A stretch of DNA of 64,000 nucleotides from a virus, in IMG/VR virus record IMGVR_UViG_3300032242_001655, positions 1 to 64,000 of that record. One strand, written 5' to 3'. Shown one piece after another: positions 1 through 10,777 of the stretch; the first letter of the stretch is position 1, and each line of letters opens with the position of its first letter. The notes beneath the pieces were generated by a model. The model searched no databases and was not told the origin of the DNA. It worked only from the letters and a program-made list of their open reading frames with translations. A program made the position numbers and the translations under genes.

Positions 1-1
1 C

Positions 2-1759
2 CAGAACAACTTTGGATCAGAGGGTTATTGGACAGATCCTGCTCGAGCAAACCAACAGCCCCAACCTTTAAACATACAATTTTTTAACCCCAGCCTACAA
101 CTTGGTCTGTTGAATGTTGCCAGACCTGTTGGTGAAAGTGGTACACTTGCTACATTTACTGATGCAGATCCATTAATCTTCAAGAGTACAAACTATCCGG
201 GTGGCACTGTATCAACTGTGGGAGCATACTACAACACCACTACCACTTTGATCATAGGTGACGAAACTCAGGGTATATCTATTGGTCGAGAAGGTAGTAT
301 TGTAATTACAGCAAGAGATGATACTGCTACACCTGTAATGATAATAGGTGCCACAGGACAGAGCACTGGTGTTGACGGTGGCGATGTATTGATCTTTGGT
401 GGCGGCACCTTGGATAGCAATCTCGGTGGTGTAGATATTCAAGGACAATACTTAGACATATTAACAATCGATGGAGTCCATATTGGTCCCCCACAAAATA
501 ATGGTTGGTTCTTTGACAACACAGATTTTGGATTAGTATTCCCAGATGAAACTACACAATACACAGCCTGGCAAGGTAGTACTATTATTAGCGACACCGC
601 ACCTAGCGATGACCTAGGTCGTATTTGGTTTAATTCAGTGGACGGTCGTGCTTACATCAAGTACAACGATCTATGGACAGATCTAAGTCCTGTTATACCA
701 ACTGATCCTTCTGTATACTTAGATGGTTTGACCATTGAAGATACTACAATTGCTCCAGTGGACTCAACTGGCACAGTCAGTATAGCAACTGGTGAAAACA
801 ACTCCTGGACATTTGATACCACAGGCGGTTTAGTATTCCCTGACAGTACTAGACAGCCTACAGCATTTACAGGAACAATAGACTATAGTAATGTTACAGG
901 TAATAAGACCACTTCAACATTGGTCAGAGGTAACGAATCTTTAGTATTAAACACTATCGAGTATGGTCCTAATGATATATTTGAGATATTTGGCCCTGGA
1001 AATACCACTACCAGTTTAATTGTAGGTAACCCAGAACAGGGCATACAGATAGGTGCTGACGGTAGTGTCACTGTACAGTCCGCAATTAACAGTGAAGCAC
1101 CGTTGATGTTGTATGGTGCTCCGGGATTAAGTGATGGTGTTGACGGTGGCGATGTATTGATCTTTGGTGGTATTGGTTATACCCGAGCAGGTAATGTTAA
1201 CATTCAAGGACAGTCCGCAAGTATTATCACTTATGACGGTCTTGCTGTTGGCGGTGAACTTGGCTGGACATTTGACAATAGTGACTATGGACTGGTATTC
1301 CCCGATGATACTACGCAGTACACAGCCTATCAAGGTGTTGCTATTGTCAGCGATACAGCACCTGATGGAGATTTAGGTCGTCTTTGGTTTAATTCAGTAG
1401 ATGGTCGTGCTTATATCAAATACAATGACAACTGGACTGATTTGAGTCCTATTGTTATACCCGATCCTGAAATATATCTAGAAGGATTGACCATCGAAGA
1501 CACTACAATTGGTGTACGAGATACTACTGCCACACAGACCGTTAATGTAGCGGGCAATATAGTACCCACAGATAACCTAGCATATAACTTAGGTAGTCCT
1601 ACACATCAGTGGAATGCTCTGTATGTCAGCAGTTCTACAATCTACATGAGTGGTAGAGCATTAAGTTTAACCCAAGAAGGCATAAAGATCGACGGTGCTC
1701 CCATAACTGTTAGTGTGGTAGACGGCGGCAACGCTTCAACTTGGCTAACAGCAATTTAA
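2..1759 (+). CDS. Virion fibre/structural protein, 5'-truncated by the window edge, with internal tandem duplication
   Basis: The frame is open from position 2, upstream of the TTG at 110. It has two ~256-aa repeat units (DGGDVLIFGG...GRxWFNSVDGRAYIKYND) and a C-terminal YNLGSPTHQWNALY motif typical of phage fibres. Confidence 0.7.
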   Translation, partial: QNNFGSEGYWTDPARANQQPQPLNIQFFNPSLQLGLLNVARPVGESGTLATFTDADPLIFKSTNYPGGTVSTVGAYYNTTTTLIIGDETQGISIGREGSIVITARDDTATPVMIIGATGQSTGVDGGDVLIFGGGTLDSNLGGVDIQGQYLDILTIDGVHIGPPQNNGWFFDNTDFGLVFPDETTQYTAWQGSTIISDTAPSDDLGRIWFNSVDGRAYIKYNDLWTDLSPVIPTDPSVYLDGLTIEDTTIAPVDSTGTVSIATGENNSWTFDTTGGLVFPDSTRQPTAFTGTIDYSNVTGNKTTSTLVRGNESLVLNTIEYGPNDIFEIFGPGNTTTSLIVGNPEQGIQIGADGSVTVQSAINSEAPLMLYGAPGLSDGVDGGDVLIFGGIGYTRAGNVNIQGQSASIITYDGLAVGGELGWTFDNSDYGLVFPDDTTQYTAYQGVAIVSDTAPDGDLGRLWFNSVDGRAYIKYNDNWTDLSPIVIPDPEIYLEGLTIEDTTIGVRDTTATQTVNVAGNIVPTDNLAYNLGSPTHQWNALYVSSSTIYMSGRALSLTQEGIKIDGAPITVSVVDGGNASTWLTAI

Positions 1760-1772
1760 GGTAAATATTGAT

Positions 1773-1991
1773 ATGGCAAATTATCCAGGACAACAATACA
1801 CACTACAATTTCCCAGCGATCCTGCTGTGAATCAGGAATTTGTAGGTGATAACGGAGTAACCTATGTTTGGGCAGGGGACAGATGGAGTTCCGCACTGGG
1901 CATAGTACAAAAGAAAGCAAATTTTATCATTGATGGTCAACACGCTGACCAGTCAGTGGATAACACATTAGATGGAAACTACGGAGCATAA
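1773..1991 (+). CDS. Small virion protein (FPxxP...NGVTYVWxGxRW motif)
   Basis: TAAATA lies 5 nt upstream of the ATG; the motif is shared with the N-terminus of 10778..11959. Confidence 0.6.
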   Translation: MANYPGQQYTLQFPSDPAVNQEFVGDNGVTYVWAGDRWSSALGIVQKKANFIIDGQHADQSVDNTLDGNYGA

Positions 1992-1996
1992 CCAAA

Positions 1997-4900
1997 ATGG
2001 CTACAAGAATTAAACTACGCAGAGATACTACACAAAATTGGATGACAGTAAATCCAATTCTAGCAAATGGTGAAATGGGCATTGAAGCAGACACACGCCG
2101 TGTTAAACTAGGTGATGGTGCTACTGCTTGGATGGACTTGAAGTATGCGATTACAGATCAATTACATGTTGATGGTAAAACAGTCAACAGTGAAATGGGC
2201 GTTAGCATTGCTAGCCAAGATCCAGAAACTTGGATCAGCACAGTTCGTACTAAAGGCAACTGGGCAGGTACAGAAGGTGTAGCCTATGACAGCATGGGTA
2301 ACCTATACCTAAGCGGATGGGAAGAATCCGGTTATAATGAAGTTGATCCAACAGGTGCTGGTAACGCATTCCTTACTAAGTACGACTCCAAAGGCAATGT
2401 CTTGTGGAGCAAATACACTCACTTAGACGGTTACAGCAACGGATTTGGTGTTGTTGTAGATAGTCAAGATAACGCTATTGTTATTACTTTAGATTGGGAG
2501 GACAATTTCTTTGCGGTCAGCAAGTTTGACATGGACGGCAATCTACTTTGGCAAAAGACTATTAAAGATAGTTACGACTACGCAACTGGTTTTTGTTTAG
2601 CAGTAGACGGTAATGATGATATTATTGTAGCAGGTCTACGAGGTGATAACACTCAAAGTGATCACGCATCTTTATTTGTTCTCAAGTTAACAAGTTTAAC
2701 AGGATCTATAGTATGGACCAAGAACTGGGGCACATCTTATAATACTTATGCTCCAAGTTTAGCCGTAGATGGTGGCAACAATATCATAGTTGCGGGCAAT
2801 AATGCCTATAGTAGCGGGGGGGGCTCAGGCAATGATAATCACATTATTCTTGCTAAATTTGATACAAATGGTGCTGTTGTTTGGGGCAAATCTATTTTCA
2901 ACCCAGAAAACCAATATGATGGTTGGAATTTAATAGGTGCCAGCATTGACGCAGACATGGACGGTAATCTTTATATTGTGGGCAGTTACGAAATTCCTAA
3001 TTTTGTACAAGATTTACACGGAGGTTATTACACAGGACAGGCCGCTTTAATTCTAAAAACAGATTCAATGGGTGTTGTAAAATGGAGTCGTTTAGTAGGA
3101 CCGGGAGACTGTTCCGATCTTGGTGCTCAGGTTGTTTATAATGACGGCAAAGTTTATGCCACATTCCAAACAGAAAAACCCTACTATAAAGATGCTCCGT
3201 CCAGTAATGTTATCGGTGATGGTTATACTACTCAGGAAATTGTTGTAGCATCGTATGATGCCGCTAATGGTAAGGTCCTATGGCAACGTAATTTTGGACC
3301 TGAAGTCCTGTGGGGTTGGGCCAACCCAACTGGCACCTCTAATAGTTATCAAGATGAGTATCCTGTAGGTGGTAGAATGTTGGCTGTTTATAAAGACTAT
3401 GTTGCTGTTGCTGGCCAAGCAGGCGAATACAGTCGCATTGACGGCAATGATACACGCAGTTATGGTTTTGTAGCACAACTGCCCGCAGATGGTACAGAAA
3501 TGGATCTTGCTGGGTGGACTTATACAGAAAGCAAGCACAAAGGACTATATGCCAAAGTAACAAGTGGTGACAACGCTGGTTATAGTTCAACAAATGTAAC
3601 CACTATCACAGTAACCGCTTCTAACGAATACACTCCAACAGATACAGCAGACAATGTTCGCATTGATATAATTGCTTCTGGTGCTAATCAGTGGGACTTC
3701 AAACCCAATGGTGATTTGGCTCTACCAGTAGGAGGCAACATTGAAATAACTCGCGCTACTTCGGGTGATATCCATACAGTTGGTTATTTTAACGAACACA
3801 ATGAGTATGGTGTTTACAATTACTACAACTCAGTGACCATAGATCCAGAAGGTAACAAATACTATGTAGGTTGCTGGAACAGCCATGGTGAAAACACTTA
3901 TAACGGTCGCAATCCTATGCCATTGATTGTCAAGGTCAAGCCTGCTGGTGAGATAGAATGGAAGACTCGTTTGAGCAACCGTAATCTACAAAACAGTGGC
4001 TATTCTCTTAATGGTGACGCACGAACAGTGGCCTATGATCCGTCAAGTGGACGTATTGTGGTTGTTGCTATAGACAGCAGTGAAGGATATGCTGATCAAA
4101 TGTTGATTGTGGACCTAGATCCATTAACTGGTGATGTTGTTGAACAGCATCGTTATAGTGCCGCAGATGACATAGGACCTAACGGAATGGTTATTAATGA
4201 AGCCGGTGAAAGATTCATTACAGGATCGATACAGGGCGATAACTACATCACATTTACAGTTACCAATGCCATGGTGGTTGCGGCTGATCACACATCATTA
4301 GAAATACCTGATACTGTGTTCGCTGGACATGCTAAACCAGAATGGAAGTTAGGTACAAATGGTTGGACAGTTTATGACGGCAGTAATAATAGTATCGGTA
4401 ACGTCAGTTATATTGACTATTATGATAACATTTCAGGAACAGTAAGACAGGGAAGTGGTGCTACATTTACTGTTGAATACAACAGTGGTAGTTATGCCGT
4501 ATCTGTAATCAGTGCTGGTATTCATTATCTTCCCGGACACGAGATATTGGTCACAGGCGACTTGTTAGGTGGAGCAACTCCTGCCAACGATTTAACAATC
4601 ACAGTTGCTACTGTTGACGGCGGCGGAGGTATTTTAACTGTTACACAGGGCGGAACTGCTAGCGATAGCGGGTCATTCCCATACACACCGATAGCAGGAA
4701 CCAACACCAATGTAGGTAGTGGATTTACAATTGGTGTACAAGTGGATGCCAGTACAGCCACTAACAACTTGATAGTTTATCACCTCAGCGGTGGTACACA
4801 CTATGTTGTAGATGATGTAATAACATTCCCAGGAACACAATTAGGTGGAACAAGCCCTGCTACAGATTTAGTGATCAAAGCACTACAGGTAGGTGATTCT

Positions 4901-6466
4901 GCTGGTGATGTACATGCTGTAGAAAACACAGGATATCAGGTAATAACACGTGGTGTTAGTCCATTGACCTACACAAGAGTAACTGTTGCTGGTAGTCCAA
5001 ACTTTAGCACAGGTGGGCCATGGTATCTAAAACACTATTCGGATGCTAACACATTCTTGACCAAAGTTGTATCAACAGCCACAACCAGTACTAACATGTT
5101 ATGGGCCAAGTGGATTGAAAAATCTGATTACGATACAGGAGTTGCTGTAGACTATGACAGCATGGGCAACATATACTGGGGCTCTTCAGTTTATGACAGT
5201 CGATATGTAGGGTCCGGTAGTACTTATTATCGTCCTTTGATTGTAAAATTAGACTCAACTGGTACACCGTTATGGTCTAAGACTTATTCACTTGATGGTA
5301 ATGAAGGTTACATGAATGGACTACAGGTGGACAGTGAAGACAATGTGGTCTTAGGACAGATAAAAATATGGGATGGCGGTCCAGCCCCGACGGGATGGTA
5401 CCCGATCGTTAGACGAATAAAGGGCGATGGCGATCTGTTGTACACAAGAGAGTATCTCATGTATGGCGGTGAAGGAGCAAATAATTCTGATTGGAATGGC
5501 GGAGGCTTAGCCTTAGATAATGATGACAATGTTTATATTAACATCAATCGTTATGATGGTGAGGACTTTGTACAATGGACCGCAAAATTAGATATTCAAC
5601 GCCTACGTACAATTTGGGCACAGGAAGTATCACATGAAGGCGTAGAGTATGGAGTCAAGCACGGTTGGAACTATTATAGTAATTCTATTGCTACAGATGG
5701 AAAAACTTACTCAATGGCTCTACAGACATTTGATCTAAATGCTAGCGAAGGAAATGCCTTTGGGGTTAACTTACCAGCAGATGGCTCTGCGGCTGATACA
5801 CATGTTGGTGAATTTGCTATCAATGATGCGTATCCTGCGATACAGGATGGTTCAGAAGGCGGGCATGGAACTACATACGGTGACGTTCCTGTAGCAAGAC
5901 CCTATCAGATCACAACTGCTACATCACAGTTTACACTGGTTACAGGCAGAAATCCAATTTTATCAATTATAGATACAAGTCCTGTAGATCAGTTCCCAGT
6001 CTATACTAACAGTGAGGCTGGTATTGTATTCGGTGATGGTACTAAACAGACATCAAGTGGTAATGGTATTCCACAGGTTAAACATGCTCGTTCTTACAAA
6101 CAATTTGAATTGAAAGCAAGTGATGCTGGTAAACATCTGTATATAACTAACACCGACCAGGTGGTCATTATTCCTCGATACGAAAAAGTACAGTTCCCAG
6201 TGGGCACAGTTATTACAATTGTTAACGTAAGTGGCGGTCTTGTAAATGTTGCTGGTCCAACACAGGACAATGGTAGAACAACCATCTACTGCCCAGCATT
6301 AGACGGAAGTGAAGGTTCAGGTGATCCAAACTATCTCAATGGTTATGGATTTACAGATAACGGTGGTGGTAATTTGATTACTCTGTTAAAAGTTGAAGAA
6401 AGTTATAGCAATGGTAGCCGTTGGATAATTTCTGGCAACAATGCCGCTAACTTTGTAAACTATTAA
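1997..6466 (+). CDS. Large tail fibre/adhesin: Mtd_N-like N-terminus, beta-propeller repeats, GGxxPAxD repeats
   Basis: N-terminal RIKLRRDT..NW...NPILANGEMGIEADT...KLGDG...W; many (V/A)DxxGNxY...K(Y/F)DxxGxxxW propeller blades. Confidence 0.7.
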   Translation: MATRIKLRRDTTQNWMTVNPILANGEMGIEADTRRVKLGDGATAWMDLKYAITDQLHVDGKTVNSEMGVSIASQDPETWISTVRTKGNWAGTEGVAYDSMGNLYLSGWEESGYNEVDPTGAGNAFLTKYDSKGNVLWSKYTHLDGYSNGFGVVVDSQDNAIVITLDWEDNFFAVSKFDMDGNLLWQKTIKDSYDYATGFCLAVDGNDDIIVAGLRGDNTQSDHASLFVLKLTSLTGSIVWTKNWGTSYNTYAPSLAVDGGNNIIVAGNNAYSSGGGSGNDNHIILAKFDTNGAVVWGKSIFNPENQYDGWNLIGASIDADMDGNLYIVGSYEIPNFVQDLHGGYYTGQAALILKTDSMGVVKWSRLVGPGDCSDLGAQVVYNDGKVYATFQTEKPYYKDAPSSNVIGDGYTTQEIVVASYDAANGKVLWQRNFGPEVLWGWANPTGTSNSYQDEYPVGGRMLAVYKDYVAVAGQAGEYSRIDGNDTRSYGFVAQLPADGTEMDLAGWTYTESKHKGLYAKVTSGDNAGYSSTNVTTITVTASNEYTPTDTADNVRIDIIASGANQWDFKPNGDLALPVGGNIEITRATSGDIHTVGYFNEHNEYGVYNYYNSVTIDPEGNKYYVGCWNSHGENTYNGRNPMPLIVKVKPAGEIEWKTRLSNRNLQNSGYSLNGDARTVAYDPSSGRIVVVAIDSSEGYADQMLIVDLDPLTGDVVEQHRYSAADDIGPNGMVINEAGERFITGSIQGDNYITFTVTNAMVVAADHTSLEIPDTVFAGHAKPEWKLGTNGWTVYDGSNNSIGNVSYIDYYDNISGTVRQGSGATFTVEYNSGSYAVSVISAGIHYLPGHEILVTGDLLGGATPANDLTITVATVDGGGGILTVTQGGTASDSGSFPYTPIAGTNTNVGSGFTIGVQVDASTATNNLIVYHLSGGTHYVVDDVITFPGTQLGGTSPATDLVIKALQVGDSAGDVHAVENTGYQVITRGVSPLTYTRVTVAGSPNFSTGGPWYLKHYSDANTFLTKVVSTATTSTNMLWAKWIEKSDYDTGVAVDYDSMGNIYWGSSVYDSRYVGSGSTYYRPLIVKLDSTGTPLWSKTYSLDGNEGYMNGLQVDSEDNVVLGQIKIWDGGPAPTGWYPIVRRIKGDGDLLYTREYLMYGGEGANNSDWNGGGLALDNDDNVYININRYDGEDFVQWTAKLDIQRLRTIWAQEVSHEGVEYGVKHGWNYYSNSIATDGKTYSMALQTFDLNASEGNAFGVNLPADGSAADTHVGEFAINDAYPAIQDGSEGGHGTTYGDVPVARPYQITTATSQFTLVTGRNPILSIIDTSPVDQFPVYTNSEAGIVFGDGTKQTSSGNGIPQVKHARSYKQFELKASDAGKHLYITNTDQVVIIPRYEKVQFPVGTVITIVNVSGGLVNVAGPTQDNGRTTIYCPALDGSEGSGDPNYLNGYGFTDNGGGNLITLLKVEESYSNGSRWIISGNNAANFVNY

Positions 6467-6478
6467 TAGGAGACAGTA

Positions 6479-6916
6479 GTGAGTATATCACAAGTAATGA
6501 TTGCGGGTTCCAATAACTTAACTGGCGGTGGTGGGGCGGCAAGTGGAGGGACAGGTACTCCTGGATCAGGATATCTTAATGGCTACAGTGGTCACATTGT
6601 TACACTCACTCCTACTACCAATGGATCTGGTAATCCACATACGGCTTACCCAGGTGACACTATTACTTGGACTATAACCAGTAATTCGTCGGCATTGAAT
6701 GGTGTAACGGTGTATTATTGGGTTGACAACGATGCTGTTCCTTATACAGATTGGACCTATCCACAGAATTACGGACAAATAGTTTTAGATTCTAATGGCA
6801 ACGGATCATTTAACAGAACTGTAGCAGCCAATCCTCCACAGCACGGTTTATTTAGAATGTATATCGGTACATCACTATATCAAGGCACAATAACACACGG
6901 CTACATCGGAGTTTAA
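6479..6916 (+). CDS. Hypothetical virion-associated protein (Ig-like, Gly/Thr rich)
   Basis: GTG start with AGGAG RBS; context of fibre genes. Confidence 0.5.
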   Translation: MSISQVMIAGSNNLTGGGGAASGGTGTPGSGYLNGYSGHIVTLTPTTNGSGNPHTAYPGDTITWTITSNSSALNGVTVYYWVDNDAVPYTDWTYPQNYGQIVLDSNGNGSFNRTVAANPPQHGLFRMYIGTSLYQGTITHGYIGV

Positions 6917-6919
6917 CGA

Positions 6920-7744
6920 ATGATCTACGAACTATTAAAAGGCAAGAATCTACTAACAACCAATATGAAGAATCTGCTGAGCCCAGCAGGTATTCCTAAG
7001 TACCACTGGAAGCGTGACTTGCCTGATCATCGTGATCACTTGTTTACTGCCGCACCTCAAGTGGCACCTACTAGTGTTGACTTACGCACGTATGCTAGCC
7101 CTATAGATGATCAAGGACAGTTAGGATCTTGTACAGGTAATGCTATCGCAGGTGCTATTGACCTAATTGATCGTAAGGGCGGCAAACAACTACAGGTCAG
7201 CAGACTGTTTATCTACTACGAAGAACGAGTTTTAGAAGGTAGTGTAAACTACGATGCAGGTGCTTATATTCGTGATGGTATTAAAGTTACATATACTAAA
7301 GGTGCTCCATTAGAATCATTATGGCCCTACAGTATTCGCAAGTGGGCCACAAAACCTCCTACAACCGCGTACACTGACGCACTAAAACGCAAGGTCACCG
7401 GCTATCAACGCTGTGCTGACTTTACCGCAGTTAAAAACGCATTGGCATTAGGTAACCCTGTAGTTATTGGGTTTGACGTTTACGAAAGTTTTGAACAGGG
7501 TGTTTGGCAAAATGCCAACGGTAGCGGTCTAATGCCCTATCCGAATGTCAACACTGAACAACTACTAGGTGGACACGCTGTATGTCTAGTAGGCTATAAT
7601 GATTCAACACAACGTTTCATTGCTCGCAACAGTTGGGGTACTGCTTGGGCTGATCACGGCTACTTTTACATGCCCTATCAAGTTATCCAAAATACTTCAA
7701 TGAGCAATGACTTTTGGGTTATCTCCGCAGTAAAAAATCCTTAA
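6920..7744 (+). CDS. Papain-like (C1A) cysteine protease
   Basis: Catalytic motifs DQGQLGSCTGNA, GGHAVCLVGY and RNSWG. Confidence 0.9.
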   Translation: MIYELLKGKNLLTTNMKNLLSPAGIPKYHWKRDLPDHRDHLFTAAPQVAPTSVDLRTYASPIDDQGQLGSCTGNAIAGAIDLIDRKGGKQLQVSRLFIYYEERVLEGSVNYDAGAYIRDGIKVTYTKGAPLESLWPYSIRKWATKPPTTAYTDALKRKVTGYQRCADFTAVKNALALGNPVVIGFDVYESFEQGVWQNANGSGLMPYPNVNTEQLLGGHAVCLVGYNDSTQRFIARNSWGTAWADHGYFYMPYQVIQNTSMSNDFWVISAVKNP

Positions 7745-7771
7745 CCATTATCTTAGCAGTTAAATACTGCT

Positions 7772-8542
7772 ATGACAACAACACATTGGGCTGAAAGAAG
7801 CAAACACTGGGGGCGTAGCCAACCTCCATTGCGTCCTGATCCAGACGCTGTACGACTAATACAAGACCTAATAGGTAATACTAACAGCGATATCTTATTG
7901 CTAGGTGTTACCCGCGAACTGACCCTAGCATTTGAAAATGTCGTAGCAGTAGAACGCGAACCGGGCATGATTTCAAATGTTTGGCTAGGTGATACAGACA
8001 CTAAACGAGTTATACACAATGACTGGTTACAAGTACAGTTTCCTAATGAACGTTTTGGCGGTGCTGTGGGAGATGGCAGTATCAATCAAGTGGCATTTCC
8101 GCATGATCAACTTAGACTGTTAGATCGTATACTAGACTGGTTAGAACCCGGTGGCACATTTGCCTGCCGAATGTATACTCGTCCTGATACACCTATTACA
8201 CTAGATGATCTACGCAGAGAAGGACTAAATCCTACAGTCAACTGGTCTGCTTACAGACGTATGCTATCTATGTACTTGGCAGAACAAGAAGGACAAACTA
8301 TACACACTCGCAACATTACGGGAGTATTCAATGACCTATTTCCAGATCGTAGCCAACTACCTTGGACTGCGGATGAATTAGAAATGATTGACACGTATGC
8401 TACAAGTCAATTACAAAGTTGTTTGCCCACACGCCGAGAACTAGAACAGATTATTCCCACCGGAGCAAGAGAAGCACGATTTATTGACGTAGGCAACTAT
8501 GACTTGGCTTACTGTTGCCCAGTACTAACATTTAAGAAATAA
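7772..8542 (+). CDS. Class I SAM-dependent methyltransferase-like protein
   Basis: ILLLGVTxE, AVE, GDGSIN and LEPGG motifs; TAAATA-N5-ATG. Confidence 0.6.
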   Translation: MTTTHWAERSKHWGRSQPPLRPDPDAVRLIQDLIGNTNSDILLLGVTRELTLAFENVVAVEREPGMISNVWLGDTDTKRVIHNDWLQVQFPNERFGGAVGDGSINQVAFPHDQLRLLDRILDWLEPGGTFACRMYTRPDTPITLDDLRREGLNPTVNWSAYRRMLSMYLAEQEGQTIHTRNITGVFNDLFPDRSQLPWTADELEMIDTYATSQLQSCLPTRRELEQIIPTGAREARFIDVGNYDLAYCCPVLTFKK

Positions 8543-8543
8543 T

Positions 8544-9851
8544 ATGGCAGATATAGCAAAAGAAATCAAAGGTTGGGCGGAGTACTTGGACCGCACACAA
8601 TGGTACAGCCTAAAAGAATTACAAGAAATACAAGAGCAGGGACTAAAGCGTATTGTTCTACATCATGCTGTACAGAGTCCTTGGTTCAAACAATGGCTAG
8701 CAGATCAAAATCTACAGCCCAAAGACCTGTTTACTGTAGAAGGACTACAACGGTTAAAGCCCTTTAACAAACGTGATATACAGTCCGCGGGCAAAGACTT
8801 TTTTGCTCGCAATGTTCCAGATGCTCATAAACCCGCTCGTGAAATCAGTACCAGTGGATCAACAGGACAGCCTATCACTACACTAAAAACAGCCATGGAC
8901 AATATCATTTGGAATGCCATGACTCTGCGTGATCATTCGTGGTGGGGCCGCAATGCTGAAGGGCAACGACTAACTGCTATCAAAGCAGGTATCAAAATAC
9001 AAGTAGAACATCAAATGTGGGGTCCTCCTATGAGCATATTCCATACTACAGGACCAAGTCAGGCTCTACCAGTGTGGATGAAGACCGAAGAACAGTTGGC
9101 CGCAGTGGAACGTTTCCAACCAGATATCATGATTCTACACGCAGGTGTACTTCGTGGATTTGTTACTATTTGGGAACGTACTGGTTATACTTTAACCAAT
9201 CTTAAACACTGCCGCAATATCAGTGATACAGTGGATCAGGATTTGCGTGATCGTTTTAGAGCCCTAAGTGGACTTGAAATTGAAGACAACTACAGTTGTA
9301 GCGAAACTGGTACAATAGCAATACAATGTCCTGTCAGCAGTTTATATCACACCATGATGGAAACACAGATTGTGGAAGTTATAGACAAGGACGGCAATCC
9401 CTGTCAAGAAGGCGAAGTAGGTCGTGTGGTTATCACAGACCTGTACAATACAGCAACTCCTATCATACGCTATGATATAGGAGACTACGCAAGAGTGGGC
9501 GGTGAATGTGGCTGTGGTCGTGTACATAAGACATTTACAGAAGTGTTGGGCCGTGAGCGTAATCTACTTAAACTTCCCGATGGTACACAGTTTTGGCCCA
9601 GAGCAGGACGCTATGAGATGCAGAAGATAGCACCAGTTCGTCAGTGGCAGATTGTACAGCACAGTTATGAAGATGTAGAGTTTAAGATTGTTACAGATGA
9701 TCCTATCACTGAAGAACAAGAAACAGAGTTAAAAGAGATATTTGGTAAAGCAATCAATAACTTTGCTAGTGTGCGTATCACTCGTTATGAACAAGCAATA
9801 CCACCTAACAAGGGCGGCAAGTTTGAGGAGAGTGTATGCTTGGTAGAATAA
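8544..9851 (+). CDS. Phenylacetate-CoA ligase/CapK-family adenylate-forming enzyme
   Basis: TSGSTGQP P-loop, YSCSE, RYDIGD, GRERN. Confidence 0.8.
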   Translation: MADIAKEIKGWAEYLDRTQWYSLKELQEIQEQGLKRIVLHHAVQSPWFKQWLADQNLQPKDLFTVEGLQRLKPFNKRDIQSAGKDFFARNVPDAHKPAREISTSGSTGQPITTLKTAMDNIIWNAMTLRDHSWWGRNAEGQRLTAIKAGIKIQVEHQMWGPPMSIFHTTGPSQALPVWMKTEEQLAAVERFQPDIMILHAGVLRGFVTIWERTGYTLTNLKHCRNISDTVDQDLRDRFRALSGLEIEDNYSCSETGTIAIQCPVSSLYHTMMETQIVEVIDKDGNPCQEGEVGRVVITDLYNTATPIIRYDIGDYARVGGECGCGRVHKTFTEVLGRERNLLKLPDGTQFWPRAGRYEMQKIAPVRQWQIVQHSYEDVEFKIVTDDPITEEQETELKEIFGKAINNFASVRITRYEQAIPPNKGGKFEESVCLVE

Positions 9852-10726
9852 TTTTAGGATTATTATTTTGTACAAGTGTGTTAGCACAGCCCATTAAGAT
9901 AGTTGTGCCTTTTACGCCAGGCGGTCAGGTAGATATTATTGCCCGCGAAGCAGAAAAACTTATTACACAAGAATTAAAACGCCCTGTTGTAGTAGAGTAT
10001 AAGTTAGGAGCAGGTGGTGTTGTAGGTGTAGGCAGTGTTGCCCGTAATAAAACAAATGATGTTACACTAATGACCATTGACAGCAATGTATTAGCAAATA
10101 CCATGTTGTTAGATAATATCGCATTGTCGGATTTTAAATACCTACATCTGTTAGGTACAACCAGCACCGCATTGATAATGACCAAAAATAGTCCGATTGG
10201 CAATATTAAAAATTGGAAGAATATTAAGCGACCTATCACTATAGGAACCAATGGATTTGGCGGAGCCCATCACTACTATACCTATACGTTAGGTAAAAGT
10301 ATGGGAATTAATTTTGTCATTGTTCCTTACAAAGGTATAGGAAGTGCTATGAATGATCTAATAGGAGGAACTATAGACGCCATGTGGGGAGGAGTTGCTA
10401 CATTTACTCCTTACGAACAATCTGGTAAAATAGAAATCATTGCTACTTTAAGTAATCGTAGACTTCCTTATGCTCCGCATGTGCCCACGTTTACAGAACT
10501 AGGTTATAATGCCGGCCCTTCTACACATTGGATGGTTATTACTAATAGTACAGCAGACCCGGAAACTGTACGCCAAATAACAGAATTATTCCAAAAACTG
10601 CCTACAGACAGTGAATTTTATACAAAGACTAATCTTTTATTTGAAAAAGGATCAATGGAATCTATAATAAAATCACGTATACAAGAGCAACGTGAGTTTG
10701 CTGAGATAGTAAAAGCCAAACAATAA
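9836..10726 (+). CDS. Bug/TctC tripartite tricarboxylate transporter substrate-binding protein
   Basis: Signal peptide, PIKIVVPFTPGGxxDIIAR, VPYKG...DLIGG, PHVPTFTELG. Confidence 0.85.
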   Translation: MLGRIILGLLFCTSVLAQPIKIVVPFTPGGQVDIIAREAEKLITQELKRPVVVEYKLGAGGVVGVGSVARNKTNDVTLMTIDSNVLANTMLLDNIALSDFKYLHLLGTTSTALIMTKNSPIGNIKNWKNIKRPITIGTNGFGGAHHYYTYTLGKSMGINFVIVPYKGIGSAMNDLIGGTIDAMWGGVATFTPYEQSGKIEIIATLSNRRLPYAPHVPTFTELGYNAGPSTHWMVITNSTADPETVRQITELFQKLPTDSEFYTKTNLLFEKGSMESIIKSRIQEQREFAEIVKAKQ

Positions 10727-10777
10727 TCCTGCTTTCTTTTCTATAAATACACTATTACGTGAACATAGGATAGACAA

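Noticed and set aside
2-6466. Diversity-generating retroelement (Mtd_N-like domain plus duplicated sequence)
   Set aside because: No reverse transcriptase in the window; repeat differences are synonymous and not adenine-specific.
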